In this document: one piece after another, positions 8,633 through 18,911 of the stretch
Position numbering within the stretch: position 1 is the first letter of the stretch
How the letters are laid out: the number at the start of each line of letters is the position of its first letter
Assembly (NCBI GenBank): GCA_963717465.1
Contig: OY970340.1
Location: 608,001 to 672,000, forward strand
Direction: 5' to 3'
Origin: Candidatus Bathyarchaeota archaeon
GTDB taxonomy: Archaea > Thermoproteota > Bathyarchaeia > Bathyarchaeales > Bathycorpusculaceae
Length of the DNA stretch: 64,000 bases
Notes under the pieces: generated by a model
Databases searched by the model: none
Seen by the model: the letters and a program-made list of their open reading frames with translations, nothing else
Told to the model about the DNA's origin: nothing
Program-made: the position numbers and the translations under genes

Positions 8633-10949
8633 ATGATGAGTGTAAAGGTTGAAGATATAAAGAAATTCGATGGACAACACAGATGCGTCTGCGGTTTCTG
8701 CAGTACTGGATCTTGTCAATTGCTTGAAATAGTTCAAGACGGTAAGATCGTTAAGGTTGAGCCTGACTGGGAAAGCCCGTTTAATCCTGGGCCGTACTGT
8801 CAGAAGTGGAAGTACAGCTTAGAATACATTTACCACAAGGACAGGCCGAAGTACCCAATGAAGCGCATTGGCAAACGCGGCGAAGGCAAATGGCAAATAA
8901 TATCCTGGGCTCAGGCATATAGCGAAATATCAGCTAAAGTGAAGGAAATCGTCGCAAAATACGGCGGCCCATCCGTATGTGGCTTCTTTGGCACAGGCCG
9001 AGCCGCAAACTTAGGTCTAGGACTGGCTATTTTCCACGTATTAATAGGCAGCCCGAACTTTGGCTCTATAGCGGCTCAGACATGAGCCGGACCCACGAAC
9101 CAAGCCTTAGGATTAGGCTATGGCGTGGGAATAACATATGCAATGATTATCCCAGGTAAGACAAAAGGTATCTTTACAATTGGCACAAACCCAAGTGAGT
9201 CATGGACGTATTCATGGCCCGCATTCATTGCAGGATTAGAAGCTGGCACAAAAATGCTCAACGTCGACCCAAGATTCACGGAGACAACCAGACATTCTGA
9301 AATGTGGTTAGCGCTTAGACCCGGAACTGACACGGCCCTACTGATGGCTATAATTAATGTCATCATAGAAGAGGATCTATACGATCATGAATTTGTGGAA
9401 AAATGGACCTTTGGATTTGACAAGCTAAAAGAAAGGGCTAAACAGTATACACCTGAAAAAGCTGCGGAAATAACATGGGTTCCAGCTGAAAAAATCAGAG
9501 AAGCAGCCCGATGGATAGTGAAAAACCAGCCATGCACATTCCCATATGGCTATGCAATCGAATCAGCAGGCAGGAATTCTCTAAGCAATGTCCGCTCCAA
9601 ATATATGCTACCTGCATTAACTGGCAACATCGACATAGAAGGCGGCGAATACCTTCACGCAAAACCGAAATTCCACTCAGTTGTTGAATCAATGCACGAC
9701 ATAGTTGCGTTAGCAGATACGGATTCAATGATGAAACAGGTAGGAATAGACAACCATAGGGCGCTAAACTTCTATATTCATCCTCTGATGCAACAGGCAA
9801 GCCGATGGAAAAGGATACTGGGGTGACACTCACTCCTCAGGATCAAGAGGTCCAAACTTCTGCAACTTTATGGATACAATGGTATCGGAGAAACCCTATC
9901 CAATCAAGGCTATGCTATCCGGTGAAGTAGGTCCAATGAGGAATTATCCAAATATAAAGAAGGTTTATGAGGGTCTCAAGAAGCTTGAACTCTTCGTGTA
10001 CATTGAAGACGCTCAAATGACTCCTGAAGCCATGCTAGCAGACTACGTACTACCTGGCACCAGCCAATTCGAAAGACCTTCCGGCTATGCAACTCTTACT
10101 GGTCAAGGCGAGATTGAATTTGAGATTGCAGGAGACCGCGCAATGGCAAGCAAGATACCTGGTCTGTGGGATCTTGAAGACGATACGATCATATTCCGAA
10201 ACCTCGCTGTCGGAGTACTTGGTAAGGAATTAGTTGATAAAGTTTGGAAATGGAAGACTCCCGAGGAATTCCAAGACTGGTTCTACGAACCCGCAGGTTG
10301 GACTCGAAAACAAGTTATTGAGGAATGGAAAGGTGTACCACCATATGAGCCCAGATTCAAGAAATACGAGGAAGTTAACCCAGAGACTGGACTGGTTAGA
10401 GGCTTTGGTACTCCTGAGGGCAAAGTTGCGTTCTACTCGACTATTCTTGAGCAGATTGAATACGATCCGTTGCCGTATTATCAGGAATGCGCTTGGACAC
10501 CAATTAGTGCACCTGATATTGCAAAAGACTACCCATTCATTATGACTAGTGGAGCCAGATTCCAAGAAGCCCACCATGGCGAACTACGACACATCAGCTT
10601 AATGCGGCATTTGCGTCCATTCCCACGTGTAAAGATGCACCCACTGACAGCACGCAACATGGGTATCGGAGACGGCGAATGGGTCTACATTGAAACACCT
10701 GTTGGCAGATGCATGCAGCAAGTACGGTACGATTTCGGAGTTAACCCAAAGGTAGTTTCTCCTGAACATGGCTGGTGGAGACCAGAATTGCCAGCTGAAG
10801 AACCAACACTGTACGGATGGACAGACTGGAACATCGACGTAACAATTCCAAACGATGATGAACAACTCAGCCCAGAACTTGGCGCATGGTGCTTCAAAGC
10901 AAACCTAGCAAAAGTGTACTCAGCCAACATTGGACCAGTAGGTCCATAA
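8633..10949 (+). CDS. Mo/W-bisPGD oxidoreductase (DMSO reductase family, acetylene hydratase/catechol dehydroxylase-like) with in-frame TGA (candidate Sec) at 9083-9085 and one frameshift near 9810
   Basis: CGFCSTGSC...C 4Fe-4S motif, YPMKRIGKRGEGKW, VDPRFTET, WLALRPGTD, LTGNIDIEGG, ADYVLP, MHPLTA; no Tat signal. Confidence 0.9.
9092..9129 (+). promoter_or_regulatory. Putative bacterial-type SECIS hairpin directly downstream of UGA
   Basis: CCCACG/CGTGGG, CCA/TGG and AGCCT/AGGCT stems, bulged U, GGAU loop starting 25 nt after UGA. Confidence 0.7.
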
Positions 10950-10955
10950 ATTAAA

Positions 10956-10989
10956 TTTTTCCCTTTTTGTTTTTTCTTTTTTTTCTTTT
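10956..10989 (+). terminator. Oligo-T terminator
   Basis: Long T-rich tract right after the stop codon. Confidence 0.65.
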
Positions 10990-11276
10990 GACATAAGTTT
11001 AAGCAAAATTAAGATTACTTTGCCCAAACGCTTCTTGCCTCAGAACGTGTTTAGCCGTGATATATTTAGAGCCAGACGTAATTAGGCTTCTTTTAAGCTT
11101 CTTTAATATTATATCTTCATAATGAATATTCCAATTTGGAATTTATTTGAAGCTTTTGCAAAAATTTTTTATCAATTTTCCCATTAATTCAAACTATAGT
11201 TCTGAAATATCATGATTATAAAAACGATAAATCTTTATATAATATTTTTGACATATTAAGATAGCAGGGAAGGTAA

Positions 11277-11453
11277 ATGGTTAAGAACCTGAAAGTAGTT
11301 AGCGTCGAAACCGTCTATGAAGAAGAACATTACATTGTTCAAAGCTACAAGATTGATGAGGATAAAAATGACGCTACCGATTTTGACAAGGACGAAATAA
11401 AAGGAAACATGAAAAAAGAAGCATCTAAGCCGCTTCATTTACGTCGAATCTAA
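11277..11453 (+). CDS. Small hypothetical protein (58 aa)
   Basis: MVKNLKVVSVETVYEEEHY... preceded by GGGAAGGT and an upstream TATA-like tract. Confidence 0.4.
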   Translation: MVKNLKVVSVETVYEEEHYIVQSYKIDEDKNDATDFDKDEIKGNMKKEASKPLHLRRI

Positions 11454-11730
11454 TGAAGTAACGCAAATTAACACCTGATATGGTTGTAGTCACGGCGACT
11501 ATTGTAATTTCTCTAAAAGAAGAATCGCTAATCAATAAAGCGATGTGAAAAGTAAACAGAAGATAGGATAGTCATCGCCAACTAGGTTGCGTGTTTGGAA
11601 AACAATTAAGTTAAAAAGATGCGGATCTTTGCATGATTCGAATGGTTAATTCTATTCCTAATATGTGAACAATGCAGTGCTTAAAGTAAAATAGATTTGA
11701 AAGATTAAAAAAAAGTTTTGATGGTTGCGA

Positions 11731-12099
11731 TTATTTCTTGCTTACGAGCCGTTCTCCTATCGCACCATACATCCATGGTCTCGTCACGTTAAGATCAATC
11801 ACTTCAGACATTACAATTTTTCCTTCACTGACAAACTCTCGAATTTTGTCAACCACTTTAAGTGGGTCACCGTCTGTTTCAATCTCGTAGATTGCCAAAT
11901 AACGTGCAGGGGCTTCATATGGGCCTTGGTCACCTTCAGCTAACTTGAAACGTTGGGCAGCAACTATGCCAGGAACTTTTGTCACTTGTGGCAAGTGCTG
12001 AGTGTCATACCAGTCATTATATTCCTTTTCCATTCCTTCTGAAGGCCCAGAAAAAACTGTGTATACATACTTTTTCTTAAACGACATGCTATCTTCCAT
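11731..12099 (-). CDS. EthD/DUF4286-like dimeric alpha-beta barrel protein
   Basis: EYNDWYDTQHLPQVTKVPGIVAAQRF...YLAIYEIE. Confidence 0.75.
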   Translation of the reverse strand: MEDSMSFKKKYVYTVFSGPSEGMEKEYNDWYDTQHLPQVTKVPGIVAAQRFKLAEGDQGPYEAPARYLAIYEIETDGDPLKVVDKIREFVSEGKIVMSEVIDLNVTRPWMYGAIGERLVSKK

Positions 12100-12202
12100 C
12101 TCCCATTTTAGTCATAAAGATAGTTTACTTTTGGTATTAATGTTTTCTTTTATCATCAAACTAATCAATGAAATACTTAGCTGAGAAGCATTTGCTGACG
12201 GG

Positions 12203-14150
12203 TCACATTTTTTCAGGAGCTGTAACGCCAATTAATGTTAAGGCATTATGAAGTACAGTTTGGATTGCTTTTGTTAAGGCTATTCTTGCGTCGCTGAGTT
12301 CTTGTGAGTCTGCTTTAATCACGGGCAATGCATTGTAGAATGTGTTGAATTTGTCGGCTAAGGCATTTACGTAATCTGCGATCATGTTGGGTTTAAGGTA
12401 TTCTGTTGCTTCAATAAACATGTCTGGGAAACCTGCCAAAGCTAAGATTAATTCTCGTTCCAGTTTTTCTTTTAGTAATTCGAATCCTGGTTTTTCGGGT
12501 TCCCGTGCTGCTTTGCGTAAGATGCTGCATGCTCTAGCGTGGGTGTATTGGACGTAGGGTGCACTGTTGGTTTCAAAGTTTAGCACTCGATCCCAAGTGA
12601 AAACCACGGATTTTGAAGCGTCCACATCCACAAGCGAATATCGTACTGCTCCGATGCCTACGAAATCTGCAATTTTGCGCTTTTCTTTCTCGGTCAGCAT
12701 TGGTGATCGCTTGGAAACTTCTTCGTAAGCCCGTTGAACCGCTTCGTCTAAAACTTGGTCGAAAGTGATGTAGTGTCCTCTGCGGCTGCTCATTTTGTAT
12801 CCTGGAAGAGTAACCAGATTATAAGCGAAATGTACAAAATTATCTGCAAAGTCACCCTTACCAAGTGCGTAAAGAGCAAGTTTTAATTGCAATTGTGCAA
12901 GCGACTGCTCCATGCCGATAACGTTGACCACTTTCTCAGCCAAATTAAACTTCCATAGCGTATAAGCTACGTCACGTGTGGTGTACAGTGTGGTGCCGTC
13001 AGCACGAACAAGCGTTAATGGCGGAACCTCATAGTTTTCATGCAGGCCCAACTTGGGTTTTAATTTAAGTTGGTTAACAGCTTTTTCGCCGTCAAACTCT
13101 AAAACTCCACTTTCACTGAAAACGTAGCCTGAAGCTTTGAGTTTCCGTAAAACCTCAGATACTTGGCTGCTCCAGACGAAATCGCTCTCCCAATCCCAAG
13201 AATCATATGTAACTGACACACGTTTTTGCGTTTCTCTGAAACCGTCAAGACATAATTCGCTGACTTCCCGAATTAGCTGTTTTGCTTTAGGTTCACCTTC
13301 TTCGTATGCACGATTTAACCGGTTAATTTCCTCTTCAGGATTTTCATCTTTGCTAACCTGCATCAGAAGCGTTTCAAAAAGCACAGGGTATTTTTCTTTC
13401 AATTCGGAGGCGATGGAAAGCCACTCGTCAATTTCCTTATTTACTTTAGCTAAATCGTCCGCAGAATCTGGGTCAATTGCTTGGCGAACTCTTTTTAAAC
13501 GGTTGATTTCAACGATGCAACATGTAACCGTGTAGATTTTGCCAACGAACAAGTCGGCTTTTTCAGTGGGTTTTGGTCGACCAAGTTTGTCATAACCGTA
13601 GGCGACAACGCTGGATTGGCGACCAACATCATCAATGTAGTAGTGAGTTGAAACCGTGTGCCCCCTACATCTGAGAATGCGTGCTAAGGCATCTCCAAGC
13701 ATCGGGATTTCTTGCTTGTCCAATATGAATAGGATGCAGAGGATTAACACTTGTATGTTCGACGATGATTTTTTTAGGCTTATCGGTTTTAACGAAACCG
13801 TAGTTAGAATTCAACTGCTTAACTGAATTCAAAGTTAAAGCGGAGAATTTGGTAAAATCAACATAAAAGTTGATGTATCCTGCACCGGCAGTAGCAACTT
13901 TTTCAATTAATTTAAAGCTGGATTTATCGATGTTATCGACAAGTTGGTTAGCAATATCAAGAGGCTTTTGCCCCAGTTTCTTAGCTAACTCAAAGCAAAG
14001 TGAAGAAGCCAATTGTCCATACTCAATGTTTGGCGTCTTGCTCAAGTTTATGGTTGTATGCTTGGTTTCTGGAAAGGACTTTTCTAAAGCTTGAGCTAAT
14101 GCTGCTTCGCATTCTTGGCGGAACAGGGCAAAGGGGTTTTCAGTAGTCAT
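12203..14150 (-). CDS. argS: Arginine--tRNA ligase (frameshift near 13705)
   Basis: VEHTSVNPLHPIHIGQARN, KMSSRRG, PYVQYTHARACSILRKA. Confidence 0.95.
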
Positions 14151-14242
14151 CCGTTTTTTTTCTCCTTTAAGTTGCTAAACCTTAATAGCAAGTTGTATTT
14201 TAATTGAAGACAATCATTTATCTTGTATGGATTCGGAAAGCC

Positions 14243-15095
14243 ATGAAAACAACAATAATCTATTCAGAAAAATGTTTAGGTTATGGAATAAGGCACATTG
14301 AAGGACCATCACGAGTTAAAAAAGCTCATGATATACTGGAGCAGAAGGGGTACAAGTTCGTTGAGCCAACTCCAGCAACAGAAGAGCAAATTCTAAGAGT
14401 TCACGACAAAGACTACATCGATAACCTCAAGAAAGGTTCAGTTGAAGATGAAGATACGCCAGCATATAAAGACATTTATGAGTATGCAAGGCTTTCAGCT
14501 GGCGGAGCAGTTTTAGCCTCAAAAATAAACGGTTTTTCACTTATGCGCCCACCCGGACATCACGCTGGAAAAAACGGTAATGCTCTTGGAGCTCATACTC
14601 GTGGATTTTGCTACATCAATAATATAGCAGTTGCTGTTAAGACGCTTGGCAAGAAAACTTTGATTTTGGATATTGATGGTCATCACGGAAATGGTACTCA
14701 AGATATTTTTCAAGATGACAGTAACGTAACCTATGTTTCGTTGCATTGTTATCCGCTTTATCCGCATACTGGAGCAACTTCTGAAGGAAACTGCTTATAA
14801 TTTTCCTTTGCCAGCCGACTGCGGTGAAAAACAGTATTTAAAGACTTTTGATAAAGCTTTAAGCATGGTTGACGCAGACAAGTTTGAAGTGGTTGCTGTT
14901 TCAGCTGGTTTTGATACGCACAGGGGTGATTTAGCATCTTTGAATTTAATTGAAAAAAGTTATTGGGCTATTGGCAAAAGAATTGCTTTGCTAAAGAAGC
15001 CGACATTTTTTGTTTTCGAAGGCGGATACGTGGGTGAAAACAACGGTTTGGACATCGACATGTTTCTGAAAGGTTATGAAGAAAACATGGTTTAA
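14243..15095 (+). CDS. Histone deacetylase / acetylpolyamine amidohydrolase family protein (frameshift near 14795)
   Basis: RPPGHHAG, GFCYINN, DIDGHHGNGTQ, SAGFD, EGGY. Confidence 0.9.
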
Positions 15096-15129
15096 TCTTT
15101 ATTGAAAAAATGAAAATAATAAAAAGATG

Positions 15130-15747
15130 TTACTTGCGTTTTTGGGCTAAAGCTTTCTTGTTTAGGGCTTCAAGTTTTTCTGCTGCTTTTGTCGCTCTTT
15201 TTTCAGCATCTGCTAGCAAGGGTTTCCAGTCTTTGTTTTTAACGATGTTGGTTAACTTTTCCATTTGTTCAGGCAGCCTTGCCAGTGCATCGTTGAATCT
15301 TTTTTCTGCAGCTTCATCTGAATCCACAATTTCTAAGGCTTCTTCTGGGCAGGCTTCAATGCATTGTGGTTCTCCTTCGCATAGGTCGCAGGCAACTGCT
15401 TTTCCAGTATCAGTATGGATGTTGATTCCTCCGTGCTCGCAAGCTTGTATGCACCAATCGCAACCTTTGCATTTTTTATCGTTAATTATTAGTATGCCCG
15501 TGTTTTCTGATTGAATTATCGCTTTCTCAGGACATGCTTTGACACATTTCGCATCTTTGCAAAATCTGCATGCCAGAGTAAAATTAAAAAACGGCGTCAT
15601 CCGAACAACTCGTGCCCTGGAACGTATAGGATTCCAAACCAATTCGCCTTTTTCCAGAGCGCAAGCATACTCACAGATTCCGCAACCAGTACATTTGCCA
15701 GGGTCAACAGAAACAAATCTTCTCTTGCTTGACTTTGCAGATTGCAT
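15130..15747 (-). CDS. 4Fe-4S dicluster electron-transfer protein
   Basis: Four CxxC-type cluster motifs and a C-terminal helical tail. Confidence 0.9.
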   Translation of the reverse strand: MQSAKSSKRRFVSVDPGKCTGCGICEYACALEKGELVWNPIRSRARVVRMTPFFNFTLACRFCKDAKCVKACPEKAIIQSENTGILIINDKKCKGCDWCIQACEHGGINIHTDTGKAVACDLCEGEPQCIEACPEEALEIVDSDEAAEKRFNDALARLPEQMEKLTNIVKNKDWKPLLADAEKRATKAAEKLEALNKKALAQKRK

Positions 15748-16224
15748 TTTTCTAACAGACCTTTATGAGTATGGGAATATTTGTGTGCATCATTAGCTAA
15801 TAACCATTACTTAACAAAAACCATTTTTTGAAGGAAATTTCCATAAACTCAGGAATTGACGTGCGTTTCGCTTCTAAAAGTGGACATATCTTCCTTTTTT
15901 CAGATTTTTATAAGAAGCATTTGCAACACTATGTCCGGTGTTTGAAGGATTGCTACGGTGGCTTTCATTTTATAGATCACTTCGTAAGCTTCATCCACGG
16001 GTTTTAAGCCGATCTTGTGCGTAAGATCCCTGGTGGCAACGCACTGAAAAAGTAAAGCTCTTATGGTCTCTAAGATCTGATAAATCAGTTTTAGGCCCTT
16101 AAGAGGCTGGTTCAGTTGTTTCCCTACTTCTCGAAGAGGCCGCAATGGAGGGAGATCTTGGAGAAGGTTGGTGCTCTGTCTTTTCGGGAAGAAGTTCGCC
16201 ATCATCGAAACGCTTATGGTGTCG

Positions 16225-16363
16225 GGCAAGTCTACCACGACAGCTGCCCTTCGCTATAAGACATTTTCGAATTACTTTACTTCGATCTGTCCTGCGTTCT
16301 CTCAAGAACTCTTCGAATAGCCGCGACAAACCGATCAGGTCGATCTTCTTGAACAGAGTGTGA
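16225..16363 (-). repeat. Dispersed inverted copy of the alpha/beta hydrolase 3-prime end and downstream sequence (49783-49921)
   Basis: Shared cactctgttcaagaagatcgacctgatcgg...gagttcttgagagaacgca and ggcagctgtcgtggtagacttgcc. Confidence 0.85.
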
Positions 16364-16450
16364 CAAGTGTTGATGATTTAGGAGTAAAATATAGAAGTAA
16401 AAAGGATATATTTTTAGGTAAGAAAGTAAGATTATATTAAAAGATTATAA

Positions 16451-16742
16451 ATGACTCAGAATGAAAAAGCCGATCTTACAATTCTTAGCGCAAAAGGTCA
16501 AGTTGTCATACCTGCAAAAATAAGGTCTAAGAATGGGCTTGAAACCGAAAACAAAATTTCTCGTTTATGAATGCAACGACTCAGTAATTCTGAAAAAATT
16601 TGAAGAGCCTAACTTATCAAAAGAGCTTGAAGCCATATACAAAAGAGTTGATGAACGAATCGCAAAATATGGCGAGCTCTCAAACGACGAGATAAACCAG
16701 ATAATCCATGAGCATAGGCAGAAGAAAAAAAGTTCAAAGTGA
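16451..16742 (+). CDS. AbrB/MazE-type antitoxin (frameshift near 16530)
   Basis: LSAKGQVVIPAKIRSK continuing into GLKPKTKFLV. Confidence 0.8.
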
Positions 16743-16752
16743 CAATTGAAGA

Positions 16753-17163
16753 ATGAAAGTTGTCCTTGACACCAATGTTTTGGTTTCAGCGTTAATTAAA
16801 CCCGGAAAACCACGTGACCTCTTCAATAAATTGATAAAACATAAACAGCTAGTTTTATCCAAAGCTATACTCGAAGAGTTTCTGGATGTAATAGAAGACT
16901 CCAAGGTAGCAAAGTATACAAATGAACAAGATGTAACAATCTTTCTCAACATCTTGGGGAACGCTGCAAGAATAATAGAAATAAAATCCAAATTCAAAGC
17001 TGTCAAGGAAGACCCCAATGACGACGTTATTATTAGAACAGCATATGATGGAAAAGCTGACTTTATCATTTCAGGCGACAAGCACCTGCTTGCATTGAGA
17101 GAGTTCAAAGGGATAAAAATTTTAACTATTGATGAAATGCTCAGTGTGCTACACCATCTTTAA
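16753..17163 (+). CDS. PIN-domain toxin (VapC-like)
   Basis: VVLDTNVLVSA, DPNDD, IISGDKHLL. Confidence 0.9.
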   Translation: MKVVLDTNVLVSALIKPGKPRDLFNKLIKHKQLVLSKAILEEFLDVIEDSKVAKYTNEQDVTIFLNILGNAARIIEIKSKFKAVKEDPNDDVIIRTAYDGKADFIISGDKHLLALREFKGIKILTIDEMLSVLHHL

Positions 17164-17412
17164 CTTGACTAATTTGTGCTTCTTTTGTTCCTCGTTCTGT
17201 TTTTGCATTTTTACCAAGGACTTCGTGGACAAACAGGATGACTATGGTAATTGCTGCAAATACGGTGGCTGCAATGTAGAAGACATAATGTAAGGCTGCC
17301 TGCCGGAGGGAAACGACTTATAGATTGCTGTTCCAGCTTGTGACTGCCCGACGAGCACAGAAACAGTAAAAGTGCTAAAGCACAGCACCAACAATAGGTG
17401 CGCCAATGCTGT

Positions 17413-17480
17413 TGCGGAGGGTGGGATTTGAACCCACGAACTCCTGCGGGATAGGAGCCTCAGTCCTACGCCTTTTGGCC
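17413..17480 (-). repeat. 3-prime fragment of tRNA-Leu(GAG), att-like
   Basis: Matches 18915-18981 with one substitution and one extra T; lacks the 5-prime acceptor strand. Confidence 0.9.
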
Positions 17481-17550
17481 GTAATGACAAAAGTCCTAAT
17501 CGGCGAAACGTTAAAATCTATAGTTACAGTTATATAAACCTGGTGATGCT

Positions 17551-17751
17551 TTGCCGACTACTGTTCAGGTAGATGAAAGGACTCTTCAAATGCTCAATAA
17601 AGCTAAAAAGGAAATGAAAGCGAAAAGCCATGATGAAGTCATAAAAAGGCTGCTCACCGAGCGAAAAAAGATTCCTGGCTCCATGTTTGGTTCAAACCGC
17701 AAGCTTTCTTCTTTCACAGAAGAGGATCGGGCGGAGTTTCATGAGTTTTAA
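17551..17751 (+). CDS. VapB-type antitoxin
   Basis: MPTTVQVDERT...SHDEVIKRLL...SMFG; overlaps the PIN gene start. Confidence 0.8.
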   Translation: MPTTVQVDERTLQMLNKAKKEMKAKSHDEVIKRLLTERKKIPGSMFGSNRKLSSFTEEDRAEFHEF

Positions 17752-18151
17752 TTTTGTAATTGATTCTTACGCTTGGATTGAGTATTTTAAAGCTTCCAAA
17801 ATGGGCGAAGTTGCAAAGGAATACATAGAAAGTGAGCACTCAGTTACGCCAACAATTGTGGTTTCAGAGATTAGTCGAAAACTGCTGAAGGATATTAGGC
17901 TTGGAAACGAAACTCGCGAAGGACGACTTCAACGGTTAGAGTTTATAAGATCAACGAGCCGGGTAGCGGAATTGGATTTTGAAACCGCAGTTGCAGCAGG
18001 AGAAATTAATGAAGAACTGAAAGAACAGGCAAAGGGATGGGGCTTAACAGATTCAATTATACTATGCATCGCCAGAAACTTGGGCGGAAAAGTAGTCACA
18101 GGTGATGAACATTTTCGCGAATTAAGCGAAGTAATATTCATCAAAAAATAA
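17741..18151 (+). CDS. VapC PIN toxin
   Basis: VIDSYAWIEYF, WGLTDSII, VTGDEHF. Confidence 0.9.
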   Translation: MSFNFVIDSYAWIEYFKASKMGEVAKEYIESEHSVTPTIVVSEISRKLLKDIRLGNETREGRLQRLEFIRSTSRVAELDFETAVAAGEINEELKEQAKGWGLTDSIILCIARNLGGKVVTGDEHFRELSEVIFIKK

Positions 18152-18181
18152 ACCCGATGTTGTAGATTAAGTGCCCTTTGT

Positions 18182-18240
18182 TGGTGTTGAGAATGGGATT
18201 TGAACCCACGAACCCCTCGGGATAGGAACCCCAATCCTGC
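18182..18240 (-). repeat. Degenerate 3-prime fragment of tRNA-Leu
   Basis: tggtg...tgggatttgaacccacgaacccct.cgggatagga retained; acceptor and anticodon arms decayed. Confidence 0.8.
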
Positions 18241-18255
18241 TATCACTAGGTATTG

Positions 18256-18645
18256 CTATTTTAAAAATACGACATTTTCAAGGTTCTTGAAGTGTTCATC
18301 TCCAGTTACTACGTCAGCTTTTTTAACTAATGCTGTTGCGTAAACTATCGAATCAGCCATGCCCCAGCCATTTATCTCTTTTTTCAAACGAACATTTACC
18401 TTAGCGGATTCTACAGCGATTAACTCATCCAAATATACTAGAGCACTTCTTTCTTTTATGAAAGACTTCTGCTTCTCGGCAAGCTCGCGACCTTCTACTT
18501 TTAGGGTTTTAGAGTAAACTTCTGCCAGACATATGGTTGGAGTGATTTTTTCTTCTGAATTTTCAATGATTGCTTTCGTTTTCTCACCTGTTTCTGTACC
18601 CATAAAATACTCAAGCCAAGCGTACGAGTCAATAACGTATCTCAT
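18256..18645 (-). CDS. VapC PIN toxin
   Basis: VIDSYAWLEYF, WGMADSIV, VTGDEHF. Confidence 0.9.
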   Translation of the reverse strand: MRYVIDSYAWLEYFMGTETGEKTKAIIENSEEKITPTICLAEVYSKTLKVEGRELAEKQKSFIKERSALVYLDELIAVESAKVNVRLKKEINGWGMADSIVYATALVKKADVVTGDEHFKNLENVVFLK

Positions 18646-18836
18646 TAGTAGCGATCCTTATGGTCTCTGAGATCTGATAAATCAGTTTTTTTCATGGTAC
18701 CGAACATGCTTTCAGTCTTCTCAAAGTGCTCAATCAAAATTTTGTTTATTTCATTAGAAATATTTCGAGCCCCAGCTTTCTCTTTAAGCCGCTGATAAAC
18801 ATCATCGCGCAAAATAACTGTTGTTTTCTTTGACAA
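18645..18836 (-). CDS. VapB-type antitoxin
   Basis: KTTVILRDDVYQRLK...SMFG; abuts vapC. Confidence 0.8.
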   Translation of the reverse strand: MSKKTTVILRDDVYQRLKEKAGARNISNEINKILIEHFEKTESMFGTMKKTDLSDLRDHKDRY

Positions 18837-18911
18837 GCCATCACCATAAACATCTATGTTTTACTAACTTTTAAAAATTTCATCCTGAAAAACGGGAAAC
18901 AAGAAATTTAA

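Noticed and set aside
9824..9826. Second TGA in the Mo enzyme as another Sec codon
   Set aside because: The downstream coding sequence is in a different frame; removing one base near 9810 restores a continuous ORF, so this TGA is out of frame.
10950..11100. Archaeal-type 3-prime UTR SECIS for the Mo enzyme
   Set aside because: An oligo-T terminator follows the stop directly and I saw no convincing GC-rich GAA/A hairpin; a covariance-model search is needed to exclude it fully.
17413..17480. Second functional or split tRNA-Leu gene
   Set aside because: Lacks the 5-prime acceptor strand and CCA; no complementary leader or BHB motif seen; fits an att-like duplicate.
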